64,000 nt of DNA from Eledone cirrhosa (GCA_964016885.1 OZ024742.1:299026001-299090000); one strand, 5' to 3'. Counted from the stretch's first letter, positions 24,700-41,465 are shown. Made by a program: numbers and translations. Notes: a model not told the origin generated them from the letters alone.

Positions 24700-27600
24700 T
24701 CTGTAAGCCGTAGTGTAGACAAACCGTCTAGGAGAGCTACCACTCCGAATAAATTGGTGCGGGGTGGAGAAGTTCCCTAAGTCCAATAAGATGACTTCGC
24801 TAGTGCTGGTGGCACAAATAAAAGCACCCGGTCCGTGCAGTAAAATGGAGTAATGGTAGTAGCATTCAGCTATTAAAAACAATGCCAAACTATGGGGTGG
24901 AGAGGGCCTCTAACTCCAGTAAGACAACCGCTCTAGTGCAGGTGGCACGAATAAAAGCACCCAGTCCATGCTGTAAAGTGGTGTTGGTGTTAGGAAGGGC
25001 ATCCAACCAGTATATTAATGCCAAAACAATTATGAGCATAACAAATAAATATCGCAATAACTGCGTAAACAGCAATGACACTAACCATGTTAGTGCTGCG
25101 CACGGTAGTGGGGTGCCTAGTGCAGACATGTGCGAGAACGCCCCCCCCCCCCCGACCGTAATCAAGAAAACGCACAAACACATGATTATAAACCATTTTT
25201 CTTTGCAGAAAAGGAAGAAACAACGAAAGACGTCGCATCTCAAGGTTGCCACACTTAATGTTGGCACCCTGAGAGGTAGATCTGGTGAGTTAGTGGAGAT
25301 GCTAGAGAGAAGACAAGTGGATGTGTGCTGCATGCAAGAGGTGAGATGAAGAAGTGCCTCAGCAATACTACTCGTAGGCAAACAGCTTAGCTATAAGCTT
25401 TTTGGGGTAGGAAATGATGATGGGTTAGTCGGGGTAGGCATTTTATTATCCGGGAGGTGGATCAATAAGACAATAGAGATAGTTAAAGTCAGTAATAGAA
25501 TAATTAAGATTAGATTAGTTGCAGGCAAGAGACTGCTGACAATTATGTCTAGCTATGCTCCCCATGCGGATCTAGGTAAAGAAGAGAAGGACTGCTTTTA
25601 CGAGCAGCCCCTAGAAACAACCACAATGACAGAGAACAGAGACCTAGTTATACTAGCATGGGTCTTCAATGGTCATGTTGGACAGCTCCAGGATGGTTAC
25701 ACTGGGGTACATGGTGGTCATGGGTATGGCTCAAGAAACGAAGAAGCAGTGGGGCTTCTTGAATTTTGTGATGCAAGTGAACTAACCATTTGCAAAACTA
25801 ACTTCAAGAAACCTACCAACCACCTAATAAAATACCAATCAGGCGAGCGCATAAGCCAGTTTGACTTATGCTAGTTAGGCAACGAGACAGACATACGAGG
25901 TGGGTCAGAAAAGTTATAGGACTGATGTCACAAAAGATTTATTTCAAACCCAAACTTTACACTAGGAGTTTTCTCCTTCAAAGTAATTCCCCTGGAGTAT
26001 GTAACTGTAATCTTAACTCTCTGCAACGATCAAACATTTTTCTTCATAATGTTATATACATGTCCTCTGTTTCAGGTCGTCAAGCAATGAGCACAGAGCA
26101 ACGAACACACTTGAAAACTCCGTCAGAAGCACTGGGATTGCTGCAGCAAGTGTATGGAGATGAGACGATGTCACGCTCACGTGTTTTTGAGTTGTGCAAG
26201 AGGTTTAAAGAAGGACGCGAGGACGTGGAAGATTACCCCAGGAGCGGAAGGCCCTCAACAACCAGGACTGAGGTCAACGTTGAGCGCGTTAGGCAGATGG
26301 TGCGTAGCGATCGTCGGCTGACTGTTCGACTGATGGCAAATGAGCTGGGCATGAATCAGGACAGCGTCTGGAAGATTCTCACTGAAGATTTGGACATGCG
26401 GAAAGTCTGGCGAAGATGGTGCCAAAACTGCTGAACAATGACCAGAAGGGTCGACGGATGCAAGTGTGCCAGGACATCCTTGAGCGTCTTGAAACAGAAC
26501 CAGACTTGCTAGGGCCGGCCATCACCGATGATGAGTCGTGGATCCTCGAGTACGACCCGGAGGGGACCCGTTTTGAAAACGTGGACGACATCAAAAAAAG
26601 GCCGTAACGACGGAACTGTGGAGGATCCCGGAAGAATCCTTCCAGGAGTGCACGCAAGCGTGGCAAAAAAGGATGGAAAAGTACATTAGACGCCAGGGGG
26701 ATTACTTTGAAGGAGAAAACTCTTAATGTGAAGTTTGGGTTTGAAATAAATCTTTTGTGACATCAATCCTGAAACTTCTCTGACCCATCTCGTATGGTAT
26801 CAAATACTAAGGCATACCCCGGGGAAGAATGTATCCCCCAACATAGGTTCGTCGTTAGTGACATCTCAATAAGCAAGAGACAAAATTAGACACACTGGAA
26901 GGTGTGGAAAAGGAAGGTCTGGAAGCTAAAAGACCTTTCACTAATATATAAATTTAGGAAAGCCCTTCAAGATGTGTATGACGAAAACAAGACGAGTTAG
27001 AATCGTATGACATAGATGATAATTGGAATTTCTTACGTGACAGCGTACTGCAGGCTACTGAAGAAACTTGTGACTGGAGCAGAGCTCCAACCAGACAGAG
27101 GTTCACCTGGTGGTGGAACAGCACGAAGGATAGAGCCATTAAAGACAAAAGACTAGCATGGAACGCTTCGAAAAATGGTGGGAGTAGAGACCGATTCACA
27201 GCCGCTAAAAGAGAAGCTAGACGTCAGGTGTACTTAGCACGCAGGGAAGCTGAGTGTAGGAGGTTTGCCAATGTTTTGTGACAAGAAGTTCAGAGACGTA
27301 CGTTGTTCCGCATTGCAAGGCAGTGTGTCAGTGTAAATCAGGATGTTGTTGGAGATAAGTGTGTCCTAAATTATTCTGGTGCACTTAGTGTTACTGATGC
27401 GCAGAAAAGGGAGGCTTGGAAATGTCATTATGAGAGGCTGATGAATGATGAGAACGAATGGGAAGGAGAGAAACTACCCCCAGTAGACCCGACAGAGGGA
27501 CCAGCTATTGAGATTGTCGACTATAGGGTCAAATAGGCAATTAAGGAAATGAAAAGTGGTAAGGCTGTTGGACTGCCAGAGATAGTTGCTGAGATGCTGA

Positions 27601-29170
27601 AGACATCAGAAGTAGGAACTAAACTGGTTGCACGCATCGTCAATCAAGCTATATATGGCAGAGTCATACCCAAAGACTGGTGTAGCAGTATTCTTATAAA
27701 TTGCTACAAAGGTAAATGGGATGCTCTGGAGAGGAGCAAATTTAGGGGCATGAAACTGTTGGATCAGGTTATGAAAGTGGCAGAAAGGATATTAGCGCAA
27801 CTAATTAGAGAAAGGGTCAAACTAGATGAGATGCACTTTGGTTTTGTGTCTGGGAAAAGTACAACAGATGCCCTCTTCTTAGTGAGACAACTACAAGAGA
27901 GGTTCTTAGAGAAGTATAAGCCACTATACTTAGATTTTGTTGAATTAGAGAAGGCATTTGATAGAGTCCCCCGATCTGGTGGTCCTTAAGGAAACTAGGT
28001 GTAGAGGAATGCAAGCTATGTACAGGTGTGCTGTCAGTAAAGTGAAAGTAGGAATGGAGTTTAGTGAGGATTTCCAGATACAAGTAGGAGTACATCAGGG
28101 TTCGGCCCTCAGCCCGCTCTTGTTCATTATAGTTCTCCAAGCCATAACAGAGGAGTTTAAGACTGGTTGCCCATGGGAACTTCTCTATGCTGACGATCTG
28201 GTACTTATGGCAGAATCAGTAGAGGAGCTAGAGAATAAATTCTGGCTATGGAAACAGCAGTTGCAATCAAGAGCACTGAGAGTGGAAGTAGCTAAGACTA
28301 GTGTTGATAAGTAGAAAAGAGGATATAACTCTGATCCACCAGAGAAATGGCTATGTTCGATATGTAGAAAAAGAGTTGGCTTAATTATATAATATGTACA
28401 CAATGCAGATATTGAGTACACAAGAAATGTAGTGGGATAGCAGGCAAACTAACAGGTAGGGAAAACTACATATGGAGTAGATGTTCAGGAAAATTTGACG
28501 GTTGAAGTCAGCGATAGACACATTTTTCAAATGCAGGTAGGATCTATAGAGGTGGCTGATAGCTTCCGATACCTAGGTGATCAGTTTAGTAAGGGAGGAG
28601 GGTGCTCCAAGGCCATAATATCTAGAATAAGGACGGGTTGGAAGAAATTTAAGGAGCTGCTTTCTCTGTTGGCAAAGAAGGGTTTCTCCCTACGAACGAA
28701 AGGCCGGTTATATGATGCCAGTGTGAGATGCGCGATGCTGCATGGTAATGAGACATGGGCAGCAACTGCGGAGGATATGCGACGACTGGAGAGAAATGAA
28801 ACAAGCATGCTCCATTGGATTTGCAATGTCAATGTGCGTGAACGACCAAGCATAGACGAGTTGAGAGAGAAACTGTGTATAAGAGGCATAGGTTGTAGTG
28901 TGCGGGAGAGAAGACTGCGTTAGTATGGACATGTAATGCGTATGGAGGATGACCGCTGGATAAAGAAGTGCCAAGAAATGCCAGTAGAAGGAAGAGGCAG
29001 TAGAGGAAGACCACGAAAATCATGGGCGGAGGTGGTGAGAGCTGACCTCAGATCGCTCAAGCTCACGGAGGAGATGACGAAAGACCGTGACGAATGGAGA
29101 GATGCTGTGCTGAATAGGATCCGTCCCACCCTTGAAAGCAGGGAAAAGCGGACGTAAAATGATGATGATG
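24700..29170 (+). mobile_element. RTE-clade LINE (sister of 2348-5430), pseudogenised, interrupted by a mariner
   Basis: APE VATLNVGTLRGR, RT GVHQGSALSPLLF and LYADD, C-terminal RGRPRKSW, (GAT)n tail at 29159-29170. The 5' boundary is approximate. Confidence 0.95.
25896..26792 (+). mobile_element. internally deleted mariner transposon with ~100 bp TIRs and TA target-site duplication
   Basis: TA at 25894-95 and 26793-94; TIRs 25896-25995 and 26693-26792. Transposase motifs FKEGREDVED.PRSGRP, DRRLTVR, VPKLL and DESWILEYDPE, then a jump to the C-terminus GDYFEG. The RTE frame rejoins across the insertion. Confidence 0.95.
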
Positions 29171-30299
29171 TAGAGAGAGAAAGAGAAATTATTATTGTGA
29201 TCTAATACAGGCGCGTAGGTGTCAGAAACGGTAAAATCCCGGATTAACTACGTGCTGTTATTTAGTTACCATGTGGGTAATACCTACGCTCCGAGTTTAA
29301 ATCTCGCTGAGATCAACCTTGATTTTCATAATTCTGATGTAGTTAAAAATATTACACGAACATCATTTTTTTGTCTTAAATTTTCACATTCGATATAAGT
29401 AGAAACCAAACATAGATGACTATGCCATCCTCAGTGAGTTATTTTCTACCAAAGGTAATAATCAATATCATAAGCTGATCATTGATTTTCAATCGATCAA
29501 ATTTACAACGTAGTACGTGCATACGACGCCTTTCAAAGTATACAATATACAAAAGAATTTGTAGTCATCGATTTTTACGTTTTTTTAGAAAACCAATGAT
29601 ATACCTCATACTAATATAACCGATTCGATCAAACATCACTAATAGTCCCTTCATATTTGTTGCATGATTCATACAATTGTAAACGAACATGAAAAGATCC
29701 GGTGTTAACAGGAGGATTTGGTACTATCTATAAATATAGTCAATCAATTCAAAAACTTTCAATAAAATAATTGTAAAACAAATATTAATAACATTCAGTT
29801 TTACGGAATAATGAAAGGGTTTGGTATCTAATATTCAATAAACGTGTTAAACATGACTACATAAACTATTTTCACTCGTTATATATATATATACACACCC
29901 ACATATGTGTATCGGAATAGACTAAAATAAAACTATTCAGCCATATTACACCTTAAATACATCACATAGCATATAGGCTAAAATCTATAATTTGTACAAC
30001 TTCATTTTTTAAAATTATGTGTAGGTGTAAACATTTACAGTATATAAAAAAAATAAGCATGGCAAGCAAAAATACATACATCTATGTAAATAAAACTGTT
30101 AGTCCCACGGTGGAAGTAGGGTGGTGAACATTCTACGCCGAAAAACTAATGAAACAGCGTTTCTGCTCTGTATGAGTATATGTGTGTATGTGTGTAAATG
30201 TATCTAAACTATAATAAAGGAAGGTCTGCGGGATTTGCGTACGGTTTATTTTTTTTTATCCCGTTTGTAAAATAAGTTGGATTACTTTGAGTAAATAAT

Positions 30300-30485
30300 T
30301 GTTTCTACTTTTGGCACAAGGCCAGCAAATACCCAGTACATTACTGGTACTTTATTTTATCGACCCCGTAAGGATGAAAGACAAAGTTAACCTCGGCGGA
30401 TTTGAACTCAGAATGGCAAGGGTCGTAACTCTATGTGTCAAAGCATGGCGTCCGACCCTCTACCAATATTACCAATCCAACGCCC
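30300..30485 (-). mobile_element. tRNA-derived SINE with TSD
   Basis: Full SINE flanked by the direct repeat tactttgagtaaataat (30283-30299 / 30486-30502). Confidence 0.9.
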
Positions 30486-30799
30486 TACTTTGAGTAAATA
30501 ATGAATGAATATTACATCATTTATGTACTGAATTTAGTAAACAAAAATAATTTCGTAAAAATAAATAACTTCAAATTGACTTCTTTTCAAAGTTGCACTT
30601 CCGGTATATCGTCGCCACCACGATCATTTCAACTACCTTATATATAGAAAGAGAAAGTTTGTGATGAGAGAGATAGAGAGATTATGCTTTTCTACACCTG
30701 ACGCGTATGATTGTGCACATATATACATCTATATGTATGAGTATATGACTATTATGAGTATATAACTTTAATCGCGCAAACACAAACTTATAAAAATAC

Positions 30800-31585
30800 A
30801 CTCTCACGGACATAATTCACACAAATACACATACTTTCATACAGATATACATACATTCACACATCCTTTCACACAAACATACATACTTTCACATAAATAT
30901 ACATACATCACACATATACTTTCACACAAACATACATACATTCACACATATACATTTACACAAACACACACAGTCATGATAGCGTTCGGTTTAATTGAAG
31001 ATGGGAGGGTATACATTCACACAAATATACATACATTCACACATACTTTCACACAAACATACATACATTCACACATACTTTCACACAAACATACATACAT
31101 TCACACATAAAATATATAGATTTACATGTACATAAACTAGACAGAGCCATAGATATATATATGTGTTTTTGGCAACCATTCACGGTGTGGCTCAATGACG
31201 AATTAATTAATTAAATAATCAACAATCAGAGCAATATATAAGAAAGTAAGTCCATAGAATCATTTGATAAAATATATACAGTATTTCTTCTCCCAATCAA
31301 CATAATTAACCACACAATAAATCAATTAAACGAGGTTATAAGTTTAAAATGTACCTATGAAAAAAACAATAGATAAATAAATGATAGCTATGTTATCCGC
31401 GATCAACAGCCCCAGAAGATTTACCCAATGATACCCATTTAACAAATGATTCTATGGACTTACTTTCTTTTATACATTCACACATATACATTTACACAAA
31501 AATACATACATTCATACATATACATTTACACAAACACACACATACAGTCATGATAGCGTTCGGTTTAATTGGAAATGGGAGGGTA
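30800..31585. repeat. ~31-33 bp CA-rich minisatellite with local duplication
   Basis: Repeated cacaaacatacatacattcacacatactttc units; cagtcatgatagcgttcggtttaattg...gggagggta is duplicated at ~30971 and ~31546. Confidence 0.8.
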
Positions 31586-31652
31586 AAACAAGTATAACGT
31601 TGTATTTATTTATTAACTCTATTTATTTATTAACACTTTTTTTTAAAACTCA

Positions 31653-32655
31653 TCTAAACTATAATAAAGTAAGGAGCGCGGGACTTCTTTAACATTTCTG
31701 AAATGTCAACACTTCCGGTTGGCCATCGCTTAAATAAACATACTAATTTTCTGTCACTAATTTTCTCCTAATTCAGTTTATATATAATCGTCTTTTTTAA
31801 TGTATCATGGATTACGTTACTGATTAAATAAGACAGTGTAACGCAGTCTTCGTTCAATTTCTATGTATTATATATTGTCAATTACGATTTTATTTGATGT
31901 ATCATATCTACATGTATATATATACCTGCGTATAATATCAATATACACACTACACACGCTATCAGAAAACCACTCGAAGGGTGGTTTTTCTGCTAGTGTG
32001 TATAAAAGCCAACAGACTTCCAACCTTTTCTACTGGCGTCTGTGTGTAACATTCCATATTTAAGTATGTGCACTATTATATAAATGCAAGCGCAAAGGGG
32101 TATATCAAGTCTTGGTCAGGCGTTTGATAGCAGCTACCAGTGGTTGTGGCTAACTGTAAATCCCTGACTATCAAATACCTTCTGGTAGTCCAGCCACACC
32201 ACAGAAAATCTCCCGTAATTCCTCAGTTGTTTGTGTACAAGTATGTGTATATAATAATTATTTTTAACCAACGTTCTTCCAGTAACTCTACATAAACAAA
32301 CCAGCGTTCTTTCAGTAACTAAAATCAAATGGATTCAAATACGATGATCGATGTCACATCTTAAATTGCAATCATTAGATAATATTGAGAAGTGTATTAA
32401 CTTGAATTACCATCCATATTCTATCTGTGTTGTTAAAAATAATTATTACAATCACACATATCTATCTATCTACCATCTATCAATATACCTACCTACCAAT
32501 CTATCTATCCATCTCAAAACTTTCTGCAGCGTCTATGTTATGACGTCACACACCTACTCTTACTGCCACTGTTGTGTGTACTCTTATTGCTACCACGACT
32601 CGCTCACACCAACACCGCCAAGTTATGTGAGAGAGAGAGAAATAGAAAGAGAGAA

Positions 32656-32701
<46 letters not shown>

Positions 32702-33710
32702 TGTGGCTGTATGTTTACTTAGGGTTGAGAATTACATGATTGGCTGTATATTATGTCACTGACACGCACGCATACGCATAAACCTACACATACACATACG
32801 AGTAATAGAACAAATACAGAAAGAAACTATTAGGTCGTCGAGTTTGATTCTCGGTGAAAGTTTGCTAAGAGTGAACGTATCTGTGGAAATCGTTAATTTC
32901 ATGATCAGGTGGTCAGTTGTTTCAACAATTGGACCAATCTATTCTTTCTTCCCCCAACCTATTGTAGTGACCTATGAATCAGCACTATCTTATTTCATCT
33001 TACTCTTCCTTGTCATCCATATTCTTTCGCCATGGAAGCAAACGACACAAATTCATTTAACAGTGTCATTTCAGAAAAATTACGATATCAATAATTAACT
33101 TAACAATAATGATGTAAGAAAAATTTCAAATAGCTCAGAAACAAAGCGCCGAAAGAGAAAGGAAATAAATGAACCAGAGAAAGAAATACAGAGAGCAAGA
33201 AGTCGAGAATATCAAAGACATAGATGGGAAAGGCTCTCAATTCAAAGGAGAAATGAAATTAGGGAAGAAAACAAATTAGCTCTTCAAGATTTTGAGAGGA
33301 AATTTGACAGAAAAAAAGAAGAGATGAAATAAAACAGGAAAATAGAATTTCTCACAATGAAGCAAGACATAGGGAGGAACAAGAAATTGTAACTCAAGTA
33401 AAAAGATCACGGTATGTTGAGCTGAGTAGTTCTGTTAAATCATTTACAAATGCAGCATTTGAATATGATCCAAGTAAAAATTATGATAATCTATCAGATT
33501 TAGGAACAATGTCAGTAGTTTGTGAGCATTGTTGTGCAAAACTATTTAAAGATGAATCTAAGGGATTATGTTGTTCAGATGGTAAAGTTAAATTGAAAGA
33601 CCACCTGGATCTTTAAATGCACTAATGCCGGGAGAAAACACAGGATTCCCAAAACTTCTTAAAGAATATAAAAAAATATAACGAATTGTTTTCAATGACA
33701 TCTTTTGGTC
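31653..33710 (+). mobile_element. Helitron 5' fragment (Rep/Hel N-terminus, pseudogenised)
   Basis: 33450-33710 encodes AAFEYDP...LGTMSVVCEHCCAKLFKDE.KGLCCSDGKV...KYNELFSMTSFG, typical of Helitron Rep/Hel N-termini. An A^TCTAAACTATAATAAAG 5'-end-like motif lies at 31653 (also 30203); its link to the coding fragment is inferred. Confidence 0.7.
32135..32230 (-). pseudogene. tiny non-LTR RT fragment (WLDYQKVFDS motif)
   Basis: Resembles RT domain 3 W.DY.KAFDSV.H.W; very short. Confidence 0.35.
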
Positions 33711-34525
33711 GGGCAAAAGTAGAGAAGAGGTGGATAATGGTGTGGGAATCTCTCGACTGGAAGGTTCTGAGGATCCAGGAACACATTCTGCGGGCCATGT
33801 CAACTTTGCTACTTATATGCGTGGCCCAGCTTATGTTGCTGTCCACGGTTACTCCCAAGTCTCTGATGTTGTTAGATGCCACAAGAGTTTCACCGGAGGG
33901 AAGGGAGTACGGGAGTTTCAGAGCATCCTCTTTTCCAAAGTGGATCAGTTCGAATTTGTCTTCGTTCAGTAACATGTTGTTCTTTTCCGCCCATTGGGTA
34001 ACAGCCAGTAGGTCTGACTGAAGGCTTATCCGGTCATCCACGCCATTGATGACCTTTTGGAGCTTGGAATCATCAGCGAAAATTCTAATGTTGCTGTGTT
34101 TGATGATGTCAGTGATGTCATTAATATAGATGATGAAGTGAAGTGGACCCAACACAGTGCCTTGTGAGACCCCACTACTGACTTTGGCTGGGCTTGATTT
34201 GACTCCTTCAACTACAACATGTTGGGTTCTGTTTGACAGGAAGCTCTTGATCCACTGCAGCAGCTTTCCAGTGACACCAATATTGGACAGCTTTCTCAGT
34301 AGAATGTTGTGATCAACCCTGTCAAAGGCCTTGTTGAAATCAATGTAGATAACATCAGTGTTGGAACCCTCCCCCAAGGCTCTCAAAATGTCATCAAAGT
34401 GATGCAGTAGCTGCGTCAAGCAATCCCTTCCATTACGGAATCCATGCTGGTTGGAGTTCAGCATATTTTTACTCTCAAGGAAGTGGGCCGTTCGCGATCT
34501 CACCACTCTCTCAAATACCTTAATG

Positions 34526-34527
<2 letters not shown>
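33706..34527 (-). mobile_element. CR1/Jockey-superfamily LINE reverse transcriptase fragment
   Basis: Open frame with NQHGFRNGRDCLTQL, YIDFNKAFDRVDH, SGVSQGTVLGP, IFADDSKL, IRDLGV; truncated at both ends. Confidence 0.9.
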
Positions 34528-37169
<2,642 letters not shown>

Positions 37170-37644
37170 ATTAAATAAATGGAAAACTATATTTATAAAA
37201 CCATATCTATTTCATTATATATATTTCGGGGATATCATATTAACAATATGCTATGCCTTCATCAGACAAAATACAATATAAACAGTTTTATAGATAAATA
37301 TATTCGACATACCGTAATAAACATCAACTTCATTTGAAGAGGTTCACTCTAGCAGTGAAAATACAGAGAGAAAGAAAGAGAGAGAGAAAAGAGGGAAATA
37401 GGAAAGAAAGAAAGACAAAACGAAGAAAAGGAAGAAAAAGAAGAAAAAGAAAAAGAAGAAATGCATGGGACAAAATAGAGAGATGGAAAAATAGATAAAG
37501 CGAAGAGCTTCATGTAAAGAGACAGAAAGAGATATATATATATATAGAGAGAGAGAGGAAGTAGAGATAGATACATATATAAATATAGATATAGAAAAAT
37601 TAGGTAGTGGGAGGTCATTTTGAGTAAGTGTATCAATGATGCAT

Positions 37645-37679
<35 letters not shown>

Positions 37680-37809
37680 GCTCAAGTATTAATGTAAGGG
37701 AGATATATAGAGAGATATAGAGAGATATAGAGAGAGAAAAAATTTAAAAATAGCCAGACATATTCGAGGCGTAGAGAACCCTATGTTTTAATGTATTAGT
37801 ATTTATAAT

Positions 37810-39522
37810 TGAGAACAGAACACAACCTTTCGTGCCCAGGAAACCGAAGATCAATATGAAGGACCACAAGAGGAATTTTGAGATTGACCTGCCAGTTAGA
37901 TTGATCGCACCTTCAAAATCGGACCTGGGCAAATTAAGCAAAAACATTCTTGACAGGGTGATACTGCAAATTAAGAACTTGGATTATGTATCTAACCTGA
38001 GCTTGTGGAAGGGAACTGGAGAGGTTTTTGAGTGGTTTAGGCAAATTAAATATGACAATAATAATAGGTTTATTCAACTTGATATAGCTAACTATTATTC
38101 TTCTATTACCCCTAGTCTACTAAATAAGGCACTAAATTACGCATTCAAACATACGGACCTAACTAGCAAAGAAATGCATATTATATTATCGGCTAGGAAA
38201 ACTTTGATAGAATTTGATGACAAATTATGGACCAGAGCAGATAGAGATAGCAATTTTGACATAACTATGGGATCTTCCGACTCAGCTCAGGTAACTGACC
38301 TTGTGGGCTTATTTTTAATCAATTCGCTACATAGGAAAATACCTGGTACTACCGGAGGTTTATATAGGGATGACATGCTTTTACTTATTAATAATAATAA
38401 CCCTGAACTAAATAGAAAATGTAAACAAATTACAAAATTTTTTAATTACTTTAACCTTAAAATAGAAATTGAGAACAACCATAGAATAGTCAATTTCCTA
38501 GATATAACATTAAATCTCAACACATGTCTCCACTATCCTTTTCACAAGTTGAATGAAAACTTAAACTATGTCAACTTTAACTCTAACCACCCCAGATCTG
38601 TCAAAAACACTATAGTAAACTCAGTCCAAAAACGTATCTCTAGGATCTCGTCGAATAGAAAGATTTTTGACGAAAAGGCCCAATACTATAATGATGCACT
38701 AGCTAGGGCAGGGTATGCTGATAAGATTATGTACATAGATAATGATAAACAAACTAAACAAAGTAACAACTTTTTAATGACGGCAACAACATTAACAACT
38801 ATAATAGAAAGCATTACAATAATTCCAAAGGACAAAAAAGAAATAGAACTAGGAACATAATTTGGTTTGCCCCCCCTTTCTCACTAAACATTAAAACCCA
38901 CATCGCTAAATTATTTTTCAAAGCTCTTGATAATCGCTTCCCTAGAACACATAGGTACCACTCAATCTTCAATAGGCATACAATTAAATTAACCTACTCA
39001 TCCACCAAAAATTTAGCACAAAATATTAATAGAATAAATAATAGGAACTTAAAACCTACTGATAATAGCATAAATAATATACAAGTTAACAAATGTAACT
39101 GTAGAGATAGATCTAAATGTCCGTTAAATAACAACTGCTTAGTTAAAAATATAGTATACAATTGTAATGTTAATACTGACTCTAATTCTTTTAACTACGT
39201 CGGTTCCACATCGACGGAATTTAAACTTCGCTATAATAACCACAAGAATTCTTTCACAGATCCAAATAAAAAATCTTCAACGGCACTATCAGGCGTACTA
39301 TGGCAACTTAAGCTAGATAACGTTAGATATTCGACGGCTTGGAATATAGTCTCAAGAGGGATTCCTTTTAATTCATCCTCTGAGACATGTGACCTCTGCG
39401 CAGAGGAGATATTCTTTATACTAAAATCTAAAAATTCCCTTAACCTACGGACAAATTTATTCAGTTGTTGCAAACATAGATTAAACTCAACGTTTAAATA
39501 TAAATTTAAATTTAAAATGTAG
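37810..39522 (+). pseudogene. PLE reverse transcriptase + GIY-YIG endonuclease, 5'-truncated, with a frameshift near 38770
   Basis: KDHK, VRLIAP, FIQLDIANYYSSI, TMGS, GGLYRDD, NFLDITL, SNHP; then WFAPPFS, CPLNNNCLVKNIVY...YVGST...FKLRYNNH...CDLCAEE...CKH; stop at 39520-22. Confidence 0.9.
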
Positions 39523-40641
39523 TATATTTAGTTTGATTTATATTTATATGAGAACTAGCCGATAAATCTTTTGATTCCTAAATCTTTGATTCCCTCTTTT
39601 TACTCTTTTTATTGTTTATTTTATTTTATTTATTTTTATTTTTATTTTTATTTTTATCTAAACATTCCTCATGAAAAATTAAGCTACCCTAAAAGTCGAT
39701 GCTACAAATTTTTTGAATTAACCTTACACTTGATAAACTTATATATTAAATATAGGAACATATGTAGACATTATTGGACATCATAATCTTTTTTTGCGAT
39801 ATTCCTTGCTAGATGTGATTTGATAGATAATTTTTGGCTTTGTCTTGTAGTGAACTTGGCAATATATTGTCAATTAACTTTGAAGGGTTGTTCTTTGTGG
39901 TTTATTTTTATTTTCATTTTTATTTTTATTTTTATTTTTATTTTTATTTTTATTTTTATTTTTATTTTTATTTTTATTTTTATTCTTTTAGTATTGTAGT
40001 ATTCTATAATATTTTTATTTTTTATTTTATTTTATTTTTATTTTTAATATTTTTATATGTATATTTTTATATGTAAAGTTTTAATACGTAATATTTTTAA
40101 TACGTAGTATTTTTAATATGCAATATTTTTATTATGTAATATTCTTTCGTAATATTCTTTTTTAGTTTTCTATTCTATATTTTTATATTTTTATATATTT
40201 TTACTTATTATCATTATTATTGTTATCTCTGCTTATAATATAATATATATTTTCGATTAGTATATTGAAATCTGCTCTCTATTTCTGCTTGATAGATAAT
40301 CTTGTAGAGTAATCGCAAGAATAATAATACGCTCAAATTTTTATACCACATTGAGAATGTTTTCCGGTAACTTTGAATTTGCGGAGTGAATCAGTTGGAT
40401 TCACATAGACATATGAATTTTTTAAAAAACTAAACATAAGATAATGAATTTTCACGCATTGTGAATACTTGTTTCATTCAGGAATACTGATATTTACAAT
40501 ATAGTGTAAGTTTTATAAATACTAATACATTAAAACATAGGGTTCTCTACGCCTCGAATATGTCTGGCTATTTTTAAATTTTTTCTCTCTCTATATCTCT
40601 CTATATCTCTCTATATATCTCCCTTACATTAATACTTGAGC

Positions 40642-40676
<35 letters not shown>

Positions 40677-41049
40677 ATGCATCATTGATACACTTACTCA
40701 AAATGACCTCCCACTACCTAATTTTTCTATATCTATATTTATATATGTATCTATCTCTACTTCCTCTCTCTCTCTATATATATATATATCTCTTTCTGTC
40801 TCTTTACATGAAGCTCTTCGCTTTATCTATTTTTCCATCTCTCTATTTTGTCCCATGCATTTCTTCTTTTTCTTTTACTTCTTTTTCTTCCTTTTCTTCG
40901 TTTTGTCTTTCTTTCTTTCCTATTTCCCTCTTTTCTCTCTCTCTTTCTTTCTCTCTGTATTTTCACTGCTAGAGTGAACCTCTTCAAATGAAGTTGATGT
41001 TTATTACGGTATGTCGAATATATTTATCTATAAAACTGTTTATATTGTA

Positions 41050-41112
41050 TTTTGTCTGATGAAGGCATAGCATATTGTTAATATGATATCCCCGAAATAT
41101 ATATAGTGAAAT
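41050..41112 (+). ncRNA. hammerhead motif in PLE pLTR (mirror copy on minus strand ~37210-37272)
   Basis: ttttgt-CTGATGA-agg...catatt-gtt-aatatg...ccc-GAAA-tatata-TA, with palindromic ATATATAT stem III; stem I is weak. Confidence 0.6.
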
Positions 41113-41247
41113 AGATATGGTTTTATAAATATAGTTTTCCATTTATTTAATATTGTAAATATACTCCAAGTATTTGTCGAGTGCTTTTATATCAGTTATA
41201 AATATTTACTAGTTGTAACCCAACAATTTTAAATATAACTTTACATG

Positions 41248-41344
<97 letters not shown>

Positions 41345-41363
41345 ATTTATTTATATATATATA

Positions 41364-41448
<85 letters not shown>

Positions 41449-41465
41449 TTTATATATATATATCG

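Larger units (their letters stand above)
37165..41245 (+). mobile_element. young Neptune-type Penelope-like element: inverted pLTR - RT/GIY-YIG - pLTR - tail
   Basis: 37165-37808 is a near-identical inverted copy of 40513-41156; unique tail 41157-41245; (TA)n on both sides. Confidence 0.95.

Noticed and set aside
27750-28300. Alternative reading: G>A (APOBEC-like) hypermutation of the plus-strand RTE copy
   Set aside because: That copy retains the conserved residues (GVHQG, RQLQE, KLLDQ), so the Gs in the minus-strand copy are the derived state
30800-31110. Regularly spaced repeats as a CRISPR-like array (also 61945-62835)
   Set aside because: Contiguous low-complexity minisatellites without unique spacers, in eukaryotic DNA, with no cas genes
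37810-41245. Selenoprotein-encoding (Naiad-type) PLE
   Set aside because: The endonuclease is C-terminal, the disruption is a frameshift rather than an in-frame TGA, and no convincing SECIS was seen
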